This document shows, piece after piece, positions 32,643 through 38,122 of a stretch of DNA of 38,122 nt (the first letter of the stretch is position 1; every line of letters begins with the position of its first letter). Where the stretch lies: contig JALAGF010006548.1 in NCBI GenBank assembly GCA_030167865.1, positions 1 to 38,122 on the forward strand, given 5' to 3'. The translations under genes and the position numbers were made by a program. The stretch is from Craspedostauros australis (Eukaryota). The notes beneath the pieces are model-generated. The model ran no database searches. It saw nothing but the letters and a program-made list of their open reading frames with translations, and was not told where the DNA came from.

Positions 32643-33091
32643 GATGCAGCGACGATCCTGACGTCCGTTCTCTTCTTTTGGTCTCCAAGTCGACTCAAGG
32701 AGGCTTGCAACAGATAGCTCGTAAGAGTGCCACTCGTGCTGGTGCTGTGTACTCTGGAGAGTATCATATAATAGGCCGTGCGAGTGTGGACATACAAGGT
32801 ATAGCACGGTACAATTGTGTCACCTCGCCAGGCACGATCTGAGTTGTCCATTCCCCATGATGGCCACAGGTTGGGGCTTGTCGCCGACCATGAACATGTG
32901 GGCTTCGTCTCCTTGTTTGTGTCTGTTTTCCTCTCTTCGCATTGTTGATGTGACTTTCCAGTCCTGAACAACACCCAGTCACGGATGGGTGTTGGTCGAG
33001 ATGATCACTCTGGTCGGAGCAGTCGTTCACTTCTATCCTCCATTGGCCAGCTTCTCACGGCGTCGTCGTTGAACCGAAGCGCTCTCTTTCC

Positions 33092-33115
33092 AGAGAGAGA
33101 GAGAGAGAGAGAGAG
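33092..33115. repeat. (AG)n microsatellite
   Basis: Perfect AG run; similar (CT)n runs occur at ~5901-5914 and ~31179-31202. Confidence 0.9.
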
Positions 33116-34541
33116 GGACCCAACCAAGCATCCGACACACCGAGATGGGGCAACTCACATTGCAGAACATCACAGTGGAGCAACAGGATGCAGACAGGCT
33201 GATCGGCTCGTGCCCGACCTGTAATATGTGTGGTATGGTGTCTCAAGGAAGTCACTCTCTCATGGTGGACGCCTTGAGTTACATAGCTCGTATGTACTTG
33301 TGACGTGCTCATAGGCACATAAGTGCCCACAGGCGATTACTCGTGTGACGTTCGTCCGTGCAACTTTGGCGCATTGTGCTCATAGATTGCTGCTCTACCT
33401 ATCGGCGCAACGCTTCATTCACCTGATCCGTTTTCTGATGAGTCCGTCCTCTTGTGTGCTGAAACGAGACAGTTCTTCATTCACAGAAAATACGACACAG
33501 GGACACGCTACCCAACGAATCGTGACTCGCAATCCGAGTCATCTCAAATGGAGTCTGATGTGTCCAATCTAGGATTCTAGACAATAGCTACCTTATCTTA
33601 GGTTGTGTATGGCATATCAATGCACCAAAAGACATTGAGGCCACATACGAACAGATCAGCTCACTGCTGCGCCCTGAAGGACTTGATCTCGCTTGAAGGT
33701 GTGCAGTTTCTCTAGATACGACAGGACAATACCCCGAAACATATATATATCACATTGATTCTAACTGTTACGTCATCGCAAAAGCCAGCGGCCGAATTCA
33801 CATGAAGCCAACGACTCTATCCATGTTTGCCGACTAAGACCATGCCATGATGTATGGTGGACACCAAAAACGAAACGCAATTGTGTACTCTATTCAACCG
33901 AGACATCACGCCTCGTTTTTACTATGACTATCATTGCTTGCCATCCGCTCGTCTTCCACCAGGCTTGATGGATGGACTGCAAAAATTGTGGCTGTTCTAC
34001 TGCACTCCACGCGTGGAGTACGTCGGTTGATGGGCGGTGATAGACAAAGCCTGTGGGAAGATACTCTGGAGTGGAATACTCTATTCCTCTACTGGTACTC
34101 TGTTTTGTTCCAGAGTGCGATTGATTGTCTAGTGGCTATTGGCTAATTTCCGGTTTTTTGGTAATTATTGGTAAACATTGGCATATCGCCGACGGCACAA
34201 GCTGCCATTTGATGAGTTGATGCCCGTTGCCTGATATCTTTACATTATTAGAAAGAAGAGAGTGAGAGCTCTCTGTTGATGTGTTCATTGTTGGCAAACG
34301 ACCTCCGCTTTCCGTTCATCTCGATGCCTCTTTTTACCCTTTATCGGCCTTTTTCGCACGGACGACGTACGGACGCGATTTCGGAATTTTTTCGTTGGTA
34401 ACCATTGGTAACCACGTAGAGTCTACGACGTTCTGGTACAGAAATTTGTTGCGTTTGGGTCCAATAGCGACCGACTGTCTTCCAAAGACCCGCATCCAAT
34501 TCTGTTTCGTCTATTGGTCAAGTGAATGACATGGTTGTATT

Positions 34542-34591
34542 NNNNNNNNNNNNNNNNNNNNNNNNNNNNNNNNNNNNNNNNNNNNNNNNNN
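34542..34591. other. Assembly gap (50 N) flanked by a 29-bp near-identical direct repeat
   Basis: attggtcaagtgaatgacatggttgtatt (34513-34541) vs attgctcaagtgaatggcatggttgtatt (34594-34622), 2 mismatches. Confidence 0.95.
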
Positions 34592-35241
34592 CAATTGCTC
34601 AAGTGAATGGCATGGTTGTATTCGTCGCTTCATTATGCTTCGGGTGGTGTGTTGGTCAGCGGTCCAGGATGCCTTCGTGTGTTGCTTTGGGTGTTTAAAG
34701 TTAGTCACTAATGCTCGTGACAGCCATGATCATCAATCCGTGAACGCACAAAAGTTCGCGCCAAAAAATATCGTGCGTTTTTACGTGTTGTTGATTCGAA
34801 CTGTTTTGTTCGCAGGAGTCTCTTTACTTTATGCAAGCTTGTGCATCGCCCTGACGTCGGATCATCGTTCCGTTGCTTTCAGGTGACGCAGAATCCTCTC
34901 TTGCACCTGACCATGTAGTCTTGGTCTTCGTCCTTCACTTGCTCCAAAGATATACCAATTGCAAGTTTCTCGTCACTTTATCGTGTACTATCCTCGCGAG
35001 GAAACATCGCTTCCTGATCAGGCGCCAAAACTGTCTTCATTGACACCGGTTGCTACACTCATGCGATGGGCGGGGTCGTTGACGCAGTCGCTGTTCGTGC
35101 TCTATCAAACCGCGTTGGAACCGTTCTGTGCAGGTGGCCTGATGTTCTATACTGATCTCCAGCACAACTATGGCCAATCGAACACCGGCCTCTACATTGC
35201 GCAGGTGACACATGCTAAAATGCGCGCACATGGCGTGGAAA

Positions 35242-35310
35242 NNNNNNNNNNNNNNNNNNNNNNNNNNNNNNNNNNNNNNNNNNNNNNNNNNNNNNNNNNN
35301 NNNNNNNNNN
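35242..35310. other. Assembly gap (69 N)
   Basis: Run of N; GTGGAA occurs on both sides. Confidence 0.95.
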
Positions 35311-36308
35311 AGGTGGAACTCCTCAGTGTGAAACAGTCGACTCTGCTCTATTTTGGACTGCTATTGTGTGCTGCTGCTAACCAAGGGATCATTGCTCTCC
35401 CAAGCAGGATGGATGGAACAATACACATGCATCCAAGTTGTTGTTGCCAAGACTGTTGCTGGTGTACAGTATTCTGGAGTAGAACTAAAATGCTATTATA
35501 GAAAGTAGCAACCATAACATCAACTACAACGCTACATGATGAACAAAGCCACAATGGATGCTATCAGGATGTAAGGAACTGATCATGCCATGTGAGGAAC
35601 ACATCGGTCGGTACACATTGCGTTGTTCTCATTTCCACCGCGTGGGAACACGCACTGGGGCACACAGAAATTCGCCACGATACATCGCGGTGATTGGCAT
35701 TCGTGAATGGGAACAAAGAGTGCCTGCTCCAGAGAAACGAGCAGATCTCGACAACTACCCATCCAATCGCCGCCAAACTTGGAGAGAGTGATTAAAAGTC
35801 ACACATGCGAATGCTCACAAAAGGAAAGCTCAAACAAAAGGAGCGGCATGAACTTGCCGAGGAGGTTTGTGGCAGAAAAGGTGGTTTTTGGGCCGCTTCG
35901 AGTGGGACTGACGTACAAAATGTACCAGCGTCTACGGCGAAATTGACTCATACGACTAGTTACCAATTTTTACCAATGGTTACCAAAAAAATTGGCCTCC
36001 ACCCAAGCCAAAAGACACTAGGTTCAAGCTGTATTAGCGCAGGCGTTTATGTACTTCGCAGGTCATAAGACCGTCGAAACGTCGTTCGTGACAACTGAGT
36101 GCATGTTTGGGTCATCTGCAACAATCCTCTGTTCCGTGCGACTCCCACCATCCTGCGAAACAGCTGGCGCCTGTTTTCCTTTGTGCCACCAACAAAGAGG
36201 TGGACATGGGGAAGGAAGACAGAGAAGGGAGACGGAAAAGCAAGCCTCAACGATAACCGTCACAATAATCCAACATCCACGACGATCACAATAATCACAA
36301 CAATCCAA

Positions 36309-36360
36309 CATTCACAACATTCATTCACAACATTCATTCGCAACACTCATTCACAACATC
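36309..36360. repeat. 13-bp tandem repeat CATTCACAACATT x4 in a CA-rich 5' leader
   Basis: Units at 36309, 36322, 36335 and 36348, with 0-2 mismatches each. Confidence 0.88.
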
Positions 36361-36449
36361 CGCAGATAACCATCGCGAGCAACTGTCAGCTCATAAACTT
36401 GGCTGTTGCCATCTCACGCAAATCAACCACAACACACAGCACATCAACC

Positions 36450-38122
36450 ATGGACGGAAACAACGGAGATGATGAGAACGTCAAGACGAGAGCAGGACTC
36501 CACGCCGAAGGAGGCACGAACGGCAACAACGGCAACAACGGCAACGGCAACAACATCGCAACCAATGAGGAGGTCACGATTGGAGCGATCTCGGTGATTC
36601 CGTCTCAATCGCCACGCGCCGCCGCTGCCTCCGCAACGACGCCTCAGAACGGCGGAGACATGGAATCCGTTGTCTCCGAACCCGGACCGCAAGCGAGAAG
36701 AGAAAAGGTGCGAAGAACCAACCAAGCGGGGGATCTTGTATCACCAGTGGCCGCCGCAGGCCGGCAAGTCAGCAAGGGGGCGTTCTCACGGATGACGTCT
36801 CCAGGAGCCTACGCAAGTGGAAACTCGGGAGAGATGAGCAGGCAAGATCGCAGCAGTCCATTCTCGCCATCGGCCAGCAAGTCCGGAGCTGTGCCCCAAC
36901 TTCCATATGGTTCATCCCTTGCAAGCAACCAGAACGCCGACAGAACCTCCGAAGCTCTGTACCGAAAAATTCTCCTCGAAGACGAGCAGACTACCATCAC
37001 TGGCGACGATGGCGCTGGAACCAACAGCCGTGGAGACACCATCCCATCATCGGCAGCAGGCAGCAAACCCATCTTCTCGCAAATGGTGGAAAGCCAGGGA
37101 CATTCGAACAGCGACCTCTTGCACATGTCGTTCGACAGTCGTCCTCCCAGCGCGAAAGCTGGCCGCCAAGACTCTCAGATTGGCGCATTCCAGGCGTCAC
37201 CGACTCCCAACAGCTTTGATGCGCACGAGGCTGAACGGCTTGATGGTGGCGTTTTCGACCCGTTGGTTAGAGATGTTTCAACAGAACGGGACGATACGAA
37301 ACCCAAGAAGGTCCTACCGCAGGCGGTGCTTCTGCAGGCGGACCCAGTCACGCCGGATGGCGAAATGCAGAAGGATGTTACCGACGCTGAACGTCAGAAG
37401 ATCCGGGAGGAGGCAGAGGAAAATGCCCGCAAGAAGGTCGAAGGAACTGTGGTGCATGCCACGATGGCAGAGGATGTGATCGATATCAACGCGACATCTT
37501 CCGACAAGCAACGGTCCAAGTCGATCATCATCTGCGTCGTCTGCCTCATCTTGATCGGCGTCATTGTTGGCATCGTCGTCGGCGTTCAATCCAACTCGTC
37601 GGATTCATCGTCGTCGGCGACGAACCCAACTGACAATGGCGGCAGCGGCGGCGCAACATCACCTCCCACCAAAAGTCCAGTCGAAACGATGCCGCCGACG
37701 ACCATGCCGCCGACATTCTTCCCGATCATCGACACCGACGCACCATGCACATCCAACAGCTTCTGCGAGTGCGCTCTGGACATCAACGAAACCGACATTG
37801 GCGAATTCCTGTTCGGAAGCACCGCCGGTGCAACAACTGATGCAGTCAGCACGTGCGGAGGCATCTCAAGGAACGGTGCAGGTGTTTGGTATCGAATGAA
37901 AAGTAGCTCCTTCACGGATGCGAACGGCACTACCCCAACAGACGTAAACACGCCGGCCCCACGCATTTTCATGGCGTCGCTTTGTGCATCACCGCCTTCC
38001 GAACAAGGCACCGATTATGACAGCCAGATTTCGATCTTCGCGGGTGATCGATGTGATCGACTGCAGTGCGTCGCGGGCAATGATCAAGGTGGCGTTGAAT
38101 GTAACGACAAGAGCCGCGCATC
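36450..38122 (+). CDS. Type II single-pass membrane protein (partial, >557 aa): disordered cytosolic N-terminus, TM, PT-rich stalk and Cys-rich 'GVWY' extracellular module; absent from the ORF track because it has no stop in the window
   Basis: caaccATG at 36450, open to the window end. PGAY and IGAF motifs. TM IIICVVCLILIGVIVGIVVGV (37524-37586). Then NSFCECALDI...FGSTAGATT...CG....GAGVWY...SLC...DYDSQISIFAGDRCDRLQCVAGND....C..KS. Confidence 0.88.
   Translation, partial: MDGNNGDDENVKTRAGLHAEGGTNGNNGNNGNGNNIATNEEVTIGAISVIPSQSPRAAAASATTPQNGGDMESVVSEPGPQARREKVRRTNQAGDLVSPVAAAGRQVSKGAFSRMTSPGAYASGNSGEMSRQDRSSPFSPSASKSGAVPQLPYGSSLASNQNADRTSEALYRKILLEDEQTTITGDDGAGTNSRGDTIPSSAAGSKPIFSQMVESQGHSNSDLLHMSFDSRPPSAKAGRQDSQIGAFQASPTPNSFDAHEAERLDGGVFDPLVRDVSTERDDTKPKKVLPQAVLLQADPVTPDGEMQKDVTDAERQKIREEAEENARKKVEGTVVHATMAEDVIDINATSSDKQRSKSIIICVVCLILIGVIVGIVVGVQSNSSDSSSSATNPTDNGGSGGATSPPTKSPVETMPPTTMPPTFFPIIDTDAPCTSNSFCECALDINETDIGEFLFGSTAGATTDAVSTCGGISRNGAGVWYRMKSSSFTDANGTTPTDVNTPAPRIFMASLCASPPSEQGTDYDSQISIFAGDRCDRLQCVAGNDQGGVECNDKSRA

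Larger units (their letters stand above)
34154..35990. repeat. Inverted pair of 10-bp-phased TTGGTA arrays (34154-34183 vs 35961-35990), plus a third array at 34395-34414
   Basis: ttttttggtaattattggtaaacattggca vs the reverse complement of 35961-35990, ttttttggtaaccattggtaaaaattggta: 26/30 identical. 34395-34411 matches the latter exactly over 17 nt. Confidence 0.7.

Noticed and set aside
34513..34622. 29-bp direct repeat around the N gap as a CRISPR-like repeat or TSD
   Set aside because: Only two copies abutting a gap; more simply a collapsed tandem repeat or overlapping haplotype contig ends.
1..38122. tRNA, rRNA, snRNA genes and intact transposon ORFs
   Set aside because: No cloverleaf with a T-loop in context, no conserved rRNA or snRNA motifs, and no RT, integrase or transposase motifs seen by eye. 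A tRNAscan/Infernal run would be needed to exclude them fully.

Overview
Eukaryotic nuclear DNA, most likely from a pennate diatom. The evidence is GT-AG introns, a DUF6824 domain, an 'ACA|F' bipartite plastid presequence and diatom-style Cys-rich and PT-rich surface proteins. I can support about 13 protein-coding genes; several are spliced and are mis-drawn or missing in the ORF track. In order they are: an Rsa3-C-like protein (+), a BSD-domain/coiled-coil protein (-), an orphan RNI/LRR-like protein (-), a CRAL-TRIO-like + DUF6824 protein (+), an SHP-PDZ-VIM-PUB p97 cofactor (-), a hidden Sec61-beta (-), a WSCD-like sulfotransferase (-), a plastid glutathionyl-hydroquinone reductase (+), a Cys-rich GPI-type surface protein (+), a mitochondrial lipoyl-like + TPR fusion (-), complex I subunit NDUFA3/B9 (+), Sec20 (-), and a type II membrane protein with a Cys-rich 'GVWY' module that runs off the window end (+). 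The most unusual items are the lipoyl-like domain whose lipoylation lysine is replaced by a poly-Ser/Asn loop and which is fused to TPRs, the four-module p97 adaptor, a 516-nt stop-free in-frame intron, and 10-bp-phased TTGGTA arrays in inverted orientation around two assembly gaps. I recognised no rRNA, tRNA, CRISPR array or intact transposon. All family calls come from manual motif recognition, not database searches.
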